This document shows, in pieces, positions 28,744-38,885 of a DNA stretch of 64,000 bases. Source of the stretch: a virus. Numbering within the stretch: position 1 is the stretch's first letter; the number at the start of each line of letters is the position of its first letter. The notes beneath the pieces are model-generated. The model saw only the letters and a program-made list of their open reading frames with translations. It ran no database searches and was not told where the DNA came from. The translations under genes were made by a program, and so were the position numbers. The DNA is taken from positions 35,659 through 99,658 of IMG/VR virus record IMGVR_UViG_3300034072_001378; one strand, 5' to 3'.

Positions 28744-29421
28744 ATGACTAATACACAAACAGAAACAAAATATGAGTACACAATAGAATTGGATAAAAAA
28801 TACAAAGTTAGAAAATGGAAAGCAAAAGAGAAAAAAGAATTTTTGAACTTAATTAAAAAAGGTGAATCTTTAGATGCTTTAGCAGATATATTGGTTTATA
28901 ATTGTATAGATGGTAAAGCAGCTTTTAATTCAGATGAGTTCAAATATTTTTTCTCAAAAATGAGACAAATAAGTTTAGGTAATGAAATAAATTTAGAATT
29001 TTATTGTGATGAATGTAAAAGTAAATTCTTAAAAACAATAGAATTAGATAAAATAATAAAACCTTTATTTAGTAATATAAAAGATATAAAAACAAAAAAT
29101 TATACTATAAAGATTGGTTCGATTAGAAATACAGATTTTTATAAGCAAATAATAAGTTCCAATCCTGAAAATTCAAATGAATATGATTTTTATTTAAGAA
29201 TTAGTTCTATAAATTCTAATGATTCTATGACATTAGAAGAAATTGTTAATTTATTTGATAATATGGATATTGATGAATTTGATAGTATTTTTGAGCAATG
29301 GGAAAATATGAGATTTAAAATAGATGATACAACTTCAATTGAGTGTAATAATTGTTCACATACTGTTAGATATAGTTTTGATGAAGTTCCAGGATTCTTT
29401 CCTAGTTCTTGGTTTAAATAA
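28744..29421 (+). CDS. gp26: baseplate hub assembly protein, gp26-like
   Basis: KVRKWKAKE, F.KMRQISLG, CDEC and CNNC zinc motifs. Confidence 0.7.
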   Translation: MTNTQTETKYEYTIELDKKYKVRKWKAKEKKEFLNLIKKGESLDALADILVYNCIDGKAAFNSDEFKYFFSKMRQISLGNEINLEFYCDECKSKFLKTIELDKIIKPLFSNIKDIKTKNYTIKIGSIRNTDFYKQIISSNPENSNEYDFYLRISSINSNDSMTLEEIVNLFDNMDIDEFDSIFEQWENMRFKIDDTTSIECNNCSHTVRYSFDEVPGFFPSSWFK

Positions 29422-29430
29422 GGATAAAAT

Positions 29431-30132
29431 ATGTACAAGTACCCAGTTCAAATAAATTCAAAAAAATTTTTAATAGAACCATATAACACTGAAAGAGAAA
29501 AAGACTTATTAATTATGAGTTCATTTGAAATATATGATATGAATGAAGTACTTAGAGTTCTTGGATGCTCACAAGAACTTATAGAATCATTAACAGATAA
29601 TGAAAAAAAGGTGCTATTGTATAAATTTAGAGAAATATCTGTTGGTGATGAATTAAATATAAAGTTTAAATGCACCGAATGTAAACATCCAAATGAATCT
29701 TCAATTTCTTGTACTGATTTTATAACTGAACCAGAAGAATATAATCCGGAAATAAAACAATTAGATATTGAAGTAAACGACGAGAATTTAAAATTTTTTT
29801 TAAACTTAAATGAAGAAGAAATTGAGAATTTGGATATAGATGAATATGAAGAACTATTGGAAAAAGTTCAAAAAAATCAAGTTAAATATAATTTTGTAAA
29901 AACTTGTAAATGCTTTAAATGCAAAGCAGAAAATAAATTTCACGTTGGTGAACCTAAATATATAATAGAAAGTTTGTCGGAAGATACATTAATGAGTATG
30001 TACAGAACATATAACGATATGTGTATGTTTGGTAATTATAATAAAAGAGACATAGATTCTTTATACCCGTTTGAAAGGACAATTTTAATAGGTTTAATCA
30101 ATAAAACTAGAGAGGATATGAAAAAAGGATGA
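29431..30132 (+). CDS. baseplate hub assembly protein (gp26-like fused to gp51-like C-terminus)
   Basis: PYNTEREK.LL, R.ISVG, CTEC/CFKC, C-terminal L.P.ER.I..GLI. Confidence 0.6.
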   Translation: MYKYPVQINSKKFLIEPYNTEREKDLLIMSSFEIYDMNEVLRVLGCSQELIESLTDNEKKVLLYKFREISVGDELNIKFKCTECKHPNESSISCTDFITEPEEYNPEIKQLDIEVNDENLKFFLNLNEEEIENLDIDEYEELLEKVQKNQVKYNFVKTCKCFKCKAENKFHVGEPKYIIESLSEDTLMSMYRTYNDMCMFGNYNKRDIDSLYPFERTILIGLINKTREDMKKG

Positions 30133-30139
30133 TATTAAT

Positions 30140-32491
30140 ATGAGAACATACAAAGAACAAATAAAAGTTCCAAATTCCGACACCATGACACCCGAAAAAG
30201 AAAACAAATTAAAGGGGTCAATTTCTGAGTTTTTAGAAAATTTAGGTGAAAGTAGTGCAGCTAAATATATACAGGAAGAATTTTCAACTATAAACCCTTA
30301 TAGTAAACAAATAGAAAAAATAGAAAAAGAAAGAAATGAAGAACTTGTAAAAATTTCAATGCTTAATTCAGGTATTTTAGATAAATTAGAAAGTATTGAA
30401 AAATCCCTTAAAAAGGGTCAAGATACTTCTGTACAAAGTATTGTTAAACCAACAGAAAAAACTGCTTTGCAGAAAGTAAAAGAAATACACACAACTAAAG
30501 CAGATAATTCATTTGGGTTATTTGATTTATTTTTAAGTGGTATTCTTGGTGCTGGTATGTTATCATTCTTAAAAGGGTTTAAAAATATCGGACCTATCGC
30601 ATTCGCATTAAAACTTGTTCAAATGGGTTGGGAAGGAATAAAAGATAAAATAAAAGATCTTGTAACATCTGTTGCTAAAAATCTAATGAAACCTATGGAA
30701 GATTTAATTCAGTGGATGCTAGAAAAATTAAGTAAAATACCTGGTTTAGAAGAATTTGGAACAAAAAAGAAAAATACAACTTCAGGAACAGAAAAATCAA
30801 AAGAAAAAACATCAACAACTGATAAAAAACCAACAAAAGCTCCAACCGCTGTTGATTCAGCAAAATTAGAAAAAGAAGTTGGTAAAGAAGTAGCAAAGGT
30901 TGGTGGTAAATCATTGGCTAAAAAGATACCATTATTGGGTTTGGGTGCCGCCGCAGCATTTGCTGTTGATAGAGTACTTGATGGTGATGTTGTTGGAGCA
31001 GGTATGGAAGTTGCTTCAGGTATTCTTGGTACTGTTGGACCATTAACATTTGGAGCAGGTACTGCAGCAAGTTTTGGTGTTGATGCTGCTATTGCTATAA
31101 GAGACATTAAAAGAGCAAAAGAAGAAGTTATAACAAGATTAGATGACGCCGGTATAATAGATAAAGGATTCTTTGGGGATACAACAATTGAAGATTGGGA
31201 AAGACTACAAAAATTACCAATTGAAGAATTAAGAATGCTTTCAGAGTTGGGAGATTTAGATGAAAATGATGAAGCTAGATTAAATAATTTAATATTTAAA
31301 ATGGAACTTGAAAGAGTTAAAGAACCAACAAATCTTGAAGAATTTAACGAATCAGGTGTTAAAGTAATTTTTAATGAAAGAGAAATATTAGCAGATGCAT
31401 TATTAGAATCAGACAATAAATTACAAGATTTTATATTAAAAAATCCATTTACTGAAGATAATGTTGAAAAAACTGAAACAGAAATAGACGGTAAGAAAGT
31501 TCTAGAAATAAAATACAAAGATGAAAATCTAAATGCGGAATATATAAGATTAAAAGAAAAATATGATGAAGATTTCAAGAAGTATAAAGAAACAAGGGAA
31601 GCTCAATTAAGAAATGTTGGTGATGCTTATGATATAGACGGAAATACATTTTCTGAACAAGAGTATAATGCGTATCAAAATTTAAAAAATTCTGGATATA
31701 TTAATACTTCGGATTTTTACAAATCCGCAGTTACCCAAAACGCTCAAAAAGATGTTGCGGCGGCATTGAATATGAATTTAAAAAATATTACAATACCAAC
31801 AGGTTCTTTGGTTGATAGGATAAAGAAAAATGAAGGGTATAGATTAACACAATACATAGATTCAGTTGGAAGACCAACAATTGGATATGGGCATTTAATA
31901 AAACCAAATGAAAGTTATTTAATGGGTGCTACTATAACACCCGAACAAGCTGAAGCATTATTTGCTAAAGATTTTGCAGAACATAAAGCAGCTGCGGAAA
32001 AAATACCATCATTTAATGAACATTCTAAAGCAGTTCAAGATACTCTTATTGATATGACATACAATATGGGTCCTGCTTGGTATAAAAATTGGCCAAATAC
32101 TATAAAAAGTTTAACAGAAAAAAATTATGAAACAGTTAAAAATGATATTTTAAGTTCGCGATACGCTTCTCAAGTTAAAGGTAGAGCATTAGTAAATGCT
32201 AAGGTTTTTGAAAAAGAAGCAGAAGTTAAAAGTGCATCAGAAAATGTTTCAACACCAACAAGTGATGCAGTTGTTAAAACAAATGAAAATATAAATATTT
32301 TAAATAAAGAAAATGCTATAGAACAAAAGCAAGAAAAAGCACAAACAGCCGAGGAAATAAATAAGAATTTAGTAAAAAATACGTCTAGTACAACAGTTGT
32401 TAATAATTATAATACAACATCTAGTTCAAATAATACATCTGCTGATATTCAAAAAGCACCTTTAAGTGCTTTATTTGGTTCATATTCATAA
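30140..32491 (+). CDS. baseplate hub/tape-measure protein with C-terminal T4-type lysozyme domain
   Basis: Gly/Ala-rich AKKIPLLGLG..AAFA segment; IKKNEGYRLTQYIDSVGRPTIGYGHL with E-D-T spacing of T4 lysozyme. Confidence 0.75.
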   Translation: MRTYKEQIKVPNSDTMTPEKENKLKGSISEFLENLGESSAAKYIQEEFSTINPYSKQIEKIEKERNEELVKISMLNSGILDKLESIEKSLKKGQDTSVQSIVKPTEKTALQKVKEIHTTKADNSFGLFDLFLSGILGAGMLSFLKGFKNIGPIAFALKLVQMGWEGIKDKIKDLVTSVAKNLMKPMEDLIQWMLEKLSKIPGLEEFGTKKKNTTSGTEKSKEKTSTTDKKPTKAPTAVDSAKLEKEVGKEVAKVGGKSLAKKIPLLGLGAAAAFAVDRVLDGDVVGAGMEVASGILGTVGPLTFGAGTAASFGVDAAIAIRDIKRAKEEVITRLDDAGIIDKGFFGDTTIEDWERLQKLPIEELRMLSELGDLDENDEARLNNLIFKMELERVKEPTNLEEFNESGVKVIFNEREILADALLESDNKLQDFILKNPFTEDNVEKTETEIDGKKVLEIKYKDENLNAEYIRLKEKYDEDFKKYKETREAQLRNVGDAYDIDGNTFSEQEYNAYQNLKNSGYINTSDFYKSAVTQNAQKDVAAALNMNLKNITIPTGSLVDRIKKNEGYRLTQYIDSVGRPTIGYGHLIKPNESYLMGATITPEQAEALFAKDFAEHKAAAEKIPSFNEHSKAVQDTLIDMTYNMGPAWYKNWPNTIKSLTEKNYETVKNDILSSRYASQVKGRALVNAKVFEKEAEVKSASENVSTPTSDAVVKTNENINILNKENAIEQKQEKAQTAEEINKNLVKNTSSTTVVNNYNTTSSSNNTSADIQKAPLSALFGSYS

Positions 32492-32502
32492 AAGGAAGAT
32501 AA

Positions 32503-33336
32503 ATGGCAACAGAACAGAATAATCAAAGTGCAATGGTGTTGCACTGGTATCCTGATTATATAGTAAACCCTATACATAAAAATAGATGTGTAAAAATAAT
32601 CGTTAAAGAATCCCCTATGACAATACAAGGAAACTGGGATACTTTGGCAACAGAGGCAGAAAAAAAAGCTAATGAAATACAAAAAGTTATTAAAGAATCA
32701 GGAGATTTATGGGCACAAGGTAAAAAGGTTTCTGATATTGATACAACCGGCGCAATAGAGAATACTAAAAAAATAAGAGGTGGAGACCCTATCTACGCTT
32801 GTTGTTTACCTTTACCAAACGAATTTTTAGATGCACAAAATCATAACTGGCAAGCTGATCAAAGTTTATTATCTGATTTTGCTAATAAAATTCCTGGATA
32901 TAGCACTGTGAACTCGGTTACGGCAAATGCCGCTCATTACTTTGGATTTAGAAAACCGATGGTTGATCCTGGATTATTTCAAAATTATACTGGAAGTACC
33001 CCAAGAGGATTTTCTATGAATTTTGATTTTATACCAAATAATGAACTTGAAGCAAGAAATATTATGAATATTATATTAAATCTAAAGAAATTCTCACTAC
33101 CTAGAGCTGTAATTGATGGCGTTGCATTATTAGCACCATTTACATTTGAAATAGAACTCGGGAATGATTGGTTAAAAAAATTAATTAATATGAATGATGT
33201 TGTTATTACTGGAGTTACTACTAATTATGGTGCAGATGGTGGTATGCAAATGTTTTCTAATGGTGTACCAAAACACATAACATTACAATTAGACTTTGCC
33301 GAAAGATCATTAATACCTTCGCAATTCTATGATTAA
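32503..33336 (+). CDS. gp48: baseplate tail-tube cap, gp48-like
   Basis: LPLPN...D.QNHNW, FQNYTG..PR.F...FDFIPNN..EA, GVPKHITL.L.F.E motifs. Confidence 0.75.
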   Translation: MATEQNNQSAMVLHWYPDYIVNPIHKNRCVKIIVKESPMTIQGNWDTLATEAEKKANEIQKVIKESGDLWAQGKKVSDIDTTGAIENTKKIRGGDPIYACCLPLPNEFLDAQNHNWQADQSLLSDFANKIPGYSTVNSVTANAAHYFGFRKPMVDPGLFQNYTGSTPRGFSMNFDFIPNNELEARNIMNIILNLKKFSLPRAVIDGVALLAPFTFEIELGNDWLKKLINMNDVVITGVTTNYGADGGMQMFSNGVPKHITLQLDFAERSLIPSQFYD

Positions 33337-33347
33337 AAGGAGAAAAA

Positions 33348-33830
33348 ATGACAAATTCAGTACTTAATTATGATTATGAAGAATTAGATGAATTTATTGT
33401 ATCAGATTATACAAGTAAAAAAATTGATCTTTATAATATACTTCAAGAAATGAAAGATAATAATAGATTAAATGAGTTTTTTGAGGTTTATAGAATAGCA
33501 GATGATGATAAATTAGAAAGAATATCTTATGCTGTGTATGGTACTACAGATTATTGGGATATATTACTACAATTAAATGATAGAAATCCTTTATTTGAAT
33601 TACCTTATAATCTTGATACAACCTTTGAAAAAGCAGAAGCATTTTGGGATTATTATGCAAACAGTATATATTTTCAAGCACCATTAGACAATAATTTAAT
33701 ACAAGAATTAATAGATGCAGAAATTGAAATAATGAAAGAAAAAAATGAAATTTATAGATTTATATATATAGTAAAAACATCAAAAATGAATGAATTTCTT
33801 AAAATCTTAAGAGAAAGAGATTACATATGA
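33348..33830 (+). CDS. gp53: baseplate wedge protein, gp53-like (LysM-like)
   Basis: DDDKLERISYAVYG..DYWDILL.LN motif. Confidence 0.8.
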   Translation: MTNSVLNYDYEELDEFIVSDYTSKKIDLYNILQEMKDNNRLNEFFEVYRIADDDKLERISYAVYGTTDYWDILLQLNDRNPLFELPYNLDTTFEKAEAFWDYYANSIYFQAPLDNNLIQELIDAEIEIMKEKNEIYRFIYIVKTSKMNEFLKILRERDYI

Positions 33831-34993
33831 TCGTACTAGATAAATTACCTGAGCAAACAAGTGCATTAAGACACATTGAATATGAGCTTATCGATAATGT
33901 TGGTAAAACAATTAAATTACCTAATGAATATGTACCTGCATTTGAGTGTTTTTTTAAAAGACACACACCAACAGTTATGGGGTCGTTGCTTTATATTGAT
34001 AGATTAGACCTTTCTAAACAAATAGATTTAAAAACATCTTCTGTAAAGGTTTATTATGTTGATTTATTTAATAAAATGTTTTTTAGAACATTTAAAATAA
34101 TAAATATAAATGAAATAAAAAGTGAAAATGGTTTGAAAATGTTTGATTTTAAGTTAAGAGATTCTGTTTCATATTTTTTAGATAATCTTTATATTTCAAA
34201 ATCATTTACAGGTAGTAGAGTTTCTGCTTTAACACAAATATTTTCTGAATATAATTTAAGTTCTAAATTAACTGAAACAAAATTAAAATTTCAAACAGAA
34301 GATGATGGTATAAAGGGTAATTTAGTTCTTAATAAGAATTTATCTGTTCTAGATTTTTTTGAAAAAGAATTTCATAGAATAGGTTATTCTTTTTATCAAG
34401 ATAAATCTGGTATGTACATAAAAAATAAAGAAAATTTACTTCCTGGTAAAATACCTGAAATTACATCACCATTTAGCCAAAGAATAACAAATCAATTTTA
34501 TAAAAATAAAATTTATGAAATAATAACTGTTCCGACAAGTAAAGAAGAAATCGATAAGCAACCAAAGCAACAATCTTTTTACTATGATATTGAAAAAAGA
34601 CAAATGATTAGTATTAATACAAATATTGGTTCTTTACAAAGTGAAATTACTTTAAATAAAGATAATTCTGATGTTCAAGAGACTGTTGGATTTAAAGCAA
34701 AATTTCAAAATAGAAGTGATTCAGCACAGCAAAAAACAGAAATTATTGAACAATTTTTAAAATTAAGTACTTCTAAAATTGTTGTTAATGGTTATATAGA
34801 GAATGATATAAATAAAGTTATAGATTTAGAAATTTTAGGTGAAAAAGGTAATACAAAATCACATTTAGCTGGTGATGAGGTTAGTTCAGGTAAATACATT
34901 ATTCTTTCTGTTACAGATAAAATTATAGCAGATAAAATGCTTCAGTTAATTGAAGTTGGAAGAAGCGATACTGGAAAGGTTAGTAAAGCCTAA
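33827..34993 (+). CDS. baseplate hub protein, gp27-like
   Basis: size, position before gp5, C-terminal SGKYIILSVTDKI motif. Confidence 0.6.
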   Translation: MIVLDKLPEQTSALRHIEYELIDNVGKTIKLPNEYVPAFECFFKRHTPTVMGSLLYIDRLDLSKQIDLKTSSVKVYYVDLFNKMFFRTFKIININEIKSENGLKMFDFKLRDSVSYFLDNLYISKSFTGSRVSALTQIFSEYNLSSKLTETKLKFQTEDDGIKGNLVLNKNLSVLDFFEKEFHRIGYSFYQDKSGMYIKNKENLLPGKIPEITSPFSQRITNQFYKNKIYEIITVPTSKEEIDKQPKQQSFYYDIEKRQMISINTNIGSLQSEITLNKDNSDVQETVGFKAKFQNRSDSAQQKTEIIEQFLKLSTSKIVVNGYIENDINKVIDLEILGEKGNTKSHLAGDEVSSGKYIILSVTDKIIADKMLQLIEVGRSDTGKVSKA

Positions 34994-35008
34994 TGAAAAG
35001 GAGAAAAA

Positions 35009-35539
35009 ATGTTCTATAGAGCCATTGTTGAAAATAATGCTGATCCAAAACAATTGGGTAGGGTACAAGTAAGGGTATTTGGAATTCACGACTCTGGTTC
35101 AGGTGTGAGTACTTCAGATTTACCTTGGGCTGAAGTAGCAGGAGGCACTGATTTTGCTCTTTATCAGGGAGTTGGTATAACTTCTGTTTTAAGAATAGGT
35201 ACACTTGTTTGGGTATTTTTTAATAATGATGATTATAATTATCCTGTTGTATTTGCAGCAATAAAAGGCGCTGGTGAAATAAATTCTGTGGCAAAAGGGT
35301 CGTATGGTAATATTGCTACAATAAAAACATCTAGCGGGCATATTATTGAATTGGGTGATTCAGGTGGAGCAGAAAAGATAGAAATAAAACATGCTTCGGG
35401 TTCTAAGATAGTTATGCAACCAGATGGTAGTATATTAATTGATTCAGTTAATAATGTGATTCACAACGTAGCCAATAATTATGATATAACTGCTGGTGGA
35501 AATTTTAAAGTAACAGCAGCAAGAATAGACTTGAATTAA
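35009..35539 (+). CDS. gp5: short gp5-like central spike (OB fold plus short beta-helix, no lysozyme)
   Basis: VENNADPKQLGRVQVRVFGIH, LPWA, VWVFF...D..YPVV, T.SGH.IEL.D motifs. Confidence 0.85.
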   Translation: MFYRAIVENNADPKQLGRVQVRVFGIHDSGSGVSTSDLPWAEVAGGTDFALYQGVGITSVLRIGTLVWVFFNNDDYNYPVVFAAIKGAGEINSVAKGSYGNIATIKTSSGHIIELGDSGGAEKIEIKHASGSKIVMQPDGSILIDSVNNVIHNVANNYDITAGGNFKVTAARIDLN

Positions 35540-35548
35540 GGATTTAAG

Positions 35549-36097
35549 ATGACATTTAACCCACAAAATATTTTAGGAGAAACAAGAGTAGAAACAAATT
35601 ATTCTTTTAATTGTACTTTAGAATTAGAGAATATAAGCACTCCAACAGAAACAATAACAGAAGAAATTGAAAGTATTGAAATAACACCAAATTCGGATTA
35701 TGTAAATTATATAATAACAAATAATATTATTAATTTTTATGGTAATATTCCTTTAGATGTTTTTGATTTATACAAGTTTAAATATGTTGATAAAGGGAGT
35801 TCAGATAAAATAATGACACCTATTATAACAAATATGTATGGTGTCCCAGATAGAAAAGATTTATTTGAAGTTACACCTGATACTAGACAATCCGTGCAAG
35901 TACCGAATGATTCTTTTATAAATGTTAAAGTTCAAATTAAAAGAACAATAACAGAAATAAGTACCCCACCAGCAGAACCAACTGATCCAATTATTGAATA
36001 TATAGATTATGAGCACAATTATAAAATAACAGCAACGCAAGATATGGATTTATTAAAAAATTGGATAAAAGATTATTTTGAAAATAGATATAACTAA
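35549..36097 (+). CDS. hypothetical baseplate-associated protein
   Basis: ORF between gp5 and PAAR gene. Confidence 0.55.
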   Translation: MTFNPQNILGETRVETNYSFNCTLELENISTPTETITEEIESIEITPNSDYVNYIITNNIINFYGNIPLDVFDLYKFKYVDKGSSDKIMTPIITNMYGVPDRKDLFEVTPDTRQSVQVPNDSFINVKVQIKRTITEISTPPAEPTDPIIEYIDYEHNYKITATQDMDLLKNWIKDYFENRYN

Positions 36098-36107
36098 GGA
36101 GTTTTAA

Positions 36108-36392
36108 ATGCCTGCAGCAACAAGAATAAATGATCAATGTTCCGGACACGGATGTCACCCACCAAGACCAAATATACAAGGGTCCGGTAATGTTTTTATT
36201 AATGGTTTAGCGGCTCATAGACAAGGTGATGCTTGGGCAGTACATTGTTGTGGGAGTGATTGTCACGATAGTATAACATCTGCTGGGTCAAGTAAGGTTT
36301 TTATTAATGGTAAACAATTAGCAAGAATAGGTGACCCTGTAGCATGTGGAAGTGTTATAGCTCAAGGCTCTGGAAATGTTTTTGCGGGATAA
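36108..36392 (+). CDS. PAAR spike-tip protein (gp5.4-like)
   Basis: MPAATRI.D.C.GH, GS.NVFING, H.C, ARIGD.V.CG..IAQGS.NVFAG. Confidence 0.92.
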   Translation: MPAATRINDQCSGHGCHPPRPNIQGSGNVFINGLAAHRQGDAWAVHCCGSDCHDSITSAGSSKVFINGKQLARIGDPVACGSVIAQGSGNVFAG

Positions 36393-36446
36393 AATTTAAA
36401 AGATTTTTTGAACTTAAAAATTTAAGTTAAATTTTTCTTTTAAAAT
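36393..36446. repeat. inverted pair of the TTAAGTT..TCTTTTAAA motif before a late promoter
   Basis: aatttaaaagattttttgaacttaa / ttaagttaaatttttcttttaaaatt; similar pair at 36829-36883. Confidence 0.7.
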
Positions 36447-36477
36447 TCAATATATAAATAATTAAAAAGGGCATATT

Positions 36478-36828
36478 ATGTACAAAGATCTAATTTCAAT
36501 TGAAAATAACAATACAGATGTTTCAGCAATTAATAATAGTATAAAAAATATATTGTTAACAAGAAGAGGTTCCGTTCCTGGTATACCTAGATTTGGGTCA
36601 GATTTACACACATTAATTTTTTCACAATTGGATACTTTAACAGAAACTGTAGCAAAAAGTATGATTATGTCGGCTTTAAATGAGTTTGAAGATAGAATAA
36701 ATGTAAAATCTATTGAATTAAAACAAGTGCCGGAGTACAATAGACTGGTTATTGAGATAATTTATGTTTATAGAGATCAATTCAATACTACTGAAACAAC
36801 AACCGCTTTAATTTCTATTAATCAGTAA
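36478..36828 (+). CDS. gp25: baseplate wedge subunit gp25
   Basis: AINNSIKNILLT.RG..P..P.FGS, ALNEFEDRI motifs. Confidence 0.88.
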   Translation: MYKDLISIENNNTDVSAINNSIKNILLTRRGSVPGIPRFGSDLHTLIFSQLDTLTETVAKSMIMSALNEFEDRINVKSIELKQVPEYNRLVIEIIYVYRDQFNTTETTTALISINQ

Positions 36829-36995
36829 AATTTAAAATATTTTTTGAACTTAAATTTTTAAGTTAAATTTTTCTTTTAAATTTCTATAATTCTTTATAAT
36901 TAAAATCTATTTTGCATTTGAAATTTAAAATTTATTTTGAACTTAAAAATCTTTTTTAAATTTCAATAATATAAATAATTAAAAAAGGAAAGTGA

Positions 36996-38876
36996 ATGGC
37001 AACAATAAAGCAAACAATTCCGTTTAATTATAATGACTTATTTCAAAAAACACAAGAAAAGTTCATAGAAAAAGGTTATGATATACAACCTGGGAGTAAT
37101 ACTATGCAACTTGTGACTGCTATGTCTTATTTAGTTAGTATGTTAAACACAAATACAGCAGTAAATATAAATGAAATGCTTTTAACATTAGCGAGAAAAA
37201 GAAATAATATTTTACAAGATGCTAGATTATTAGGTTATGAACCAGGAAATAAAGTTTCATATAGATATGAATTAGAATTAACTTTACCGGGTGGTGATTT
37301 TATTCTTCCCAAATATACTGAATTTACTTCGGGCGATAAAAAATATTATTATTTTGGGAATATAATTACCATACCAAATGCTCCTGCTGGATACAAATTA
37401 AATATTGAAGTAAAAGAAGGTGAATTATTTAGATCATTCGATTCGCCTGAACTTTCTATTACAATTGAAAATTTTATTGAAAATGGTGTTGAAAGACCTC
37501 AGTACTATGTGGATTTACCTTACACAAATGTTGAAGATGATGGAATTGAAGCATTTTTAACTTATTATGATGAAGACGGTATTTTATTTAATAAAGAAGA
37601 ATGGACAAAAATAGCAACATTTACAGTTGATTCAGATACAATTTTAAGTAAACAATTTTATAGATTAAATAATATTGATTATGAAACACCTAGAATATTT
37701 TTTAAATTACCTAATACGGGTGCGGATTTAAGATTAGGAACAAAAATTGAAATGAATGTTTTAAAAAGCTCTGGTTCTACAGGTGAAATGTTAGAATTAC
37801 CTAGTACAACATTAGATTGTGAAGTGACTAATTACACATTAAAAATTCAAGGAACAGAAGAAGAAACAAATGAAAGTATAAAACACAATGCTCCATTATT
37901 TTGGAATTCTGCAAATAGAGCAGTAACTAAAAATGATTACAGGAGCATTTGTGAAAGATTAACGTTGATTAATAGATTACAAATTTGGGATGGAAATAAA
38001 GAGTATCCTAAAGTTCCTGGAAAAATTTGGTTTAGTTTCTTACCTGAAACATTTAAAAGAGTTTTTTTAAGAAATGCATTTAGAACAACATTTGAATTGG
38101 ATTTATTAACTGATGAGACTAATTGGTTCTTAGAAGATGCAGAAATAACACAAATTTTTGATTATTTAGATGTTTATAAAATACCAACTTTAGAATTAAT
38201 ACACAGGAATCCAGTATTTTTAGATTTTGAATTTGATATAGAAATTTTAAAATATGATATTACTTCATCAGAAAGTTCACAAAATGAACTTATTTTTGAT
38301 GTTATAGATAAATATTTTTATGATATTTCTGGTTCTTCTAATTCAATTTCTAAAATGGAAGATTTTGATACAGAATTTTTTAGAAGTAATCTTGTTAAAA
38401 AAATAGATACACAAATAACAGATATTACTGGTTTGAATTTAGTACTAAAAAATAGTATTACTCTTTACAACAGAAATATCATAAATGAAAATTCTGAAAA
38501 ATTTATTTCTTTTGCGTTGGGATTACCTTATGAAGAATATTTTGATATAAATGGTAATTTCTTAATTGAAAAAATGCCAGGAATTGATACAGAAAATTTT
38601 ATAGATAATAAAAATTTAACTGTTGATTGGTCACAAACACAAGCAGGAGATGCATTTTTGGAATCTGTTATATATGATATTTTGTTGGATACAGATAAAA
38701 TAGGTGAATACAGAATTTATAAGGATAAGCAAATTATTATAAATATTAATATTGATGGTGTATTAGTAACAGAAGAAAATATTGAACAAAAAATTTTAAA
38801 TGTACAATATCAAAATGGTAATATAGCAATGTCTAAAAATACATTACCAAGGTTAAGAAAGGTTAATTTTATATAA
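36996..38876 (+). CDS. gp6: baseplate wedge subunit gp6
   Basis: NE..L..A.KR.NI...A..LGY.P, E.NESIK.NAP.F...NRAVT..DY motifs. Confidence 0.88.
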   Translation: MATIKQTIPFNYNDLFQKTQEKFIEKGYDIQPGSNTMQLVTAMSYLVSMLNTNTAVNINEMLLTLARKRNNILQDARLLGYEPGNKVSYRYELELTLPGGDFILPKYTEFTSGDKKYYYFGNIITIPNAPAGYKLNIEVKEGELFRSFDSPELSITIENFIENGVERPQYYVDLPYTNVEDDGIEAFLTYYDEDGILFNKEEWTKIATFTVDSDTILSKQFYRLNNIDYETPRIFFKLPNTGADLRLGTKIEMNVLKSSGSTGEMLELPSTTLDCEVTNYTLKIQGTEEETNESIKHNAPLFWNSANRAVTKNDYRSICERLTLINRLQIWDGNKEYPKVPGKIWFSFLPETFKRVFLRNAFRTTFELDLLTDETNWFLEDAEITQIFDYLDVYKIPTLELIHRNPVFLDFEFDIEILKYDITSSESSQNELIFDVIDKYFYDISGSSNSISKMEDFDTEFFRSNLVKKIDTQITDITGLNLVLKNSITLYNRNIINENSEKFISFALGLPYEEYFDINGNFLIEKMPGIDTENFIDNKNLTVDWSQTQAGDAFLESVIYDILLDTDKIGEYRIYKDKQIIININIDGVLVTEENIEQKILNVQYQNGNIAMSKNTLPRLRKVNFI

Positions 38877-38885
38877 GGAGTTTAA

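Noticed and set aside
30709-31578. 289-aa minus-strand ORF opposite the hub/tape-measure gene
   Set aside because: Antisense shadow; composition mirrors the plus-strand codons. The other short overlapping ORFs in the track were rejected for the same reason
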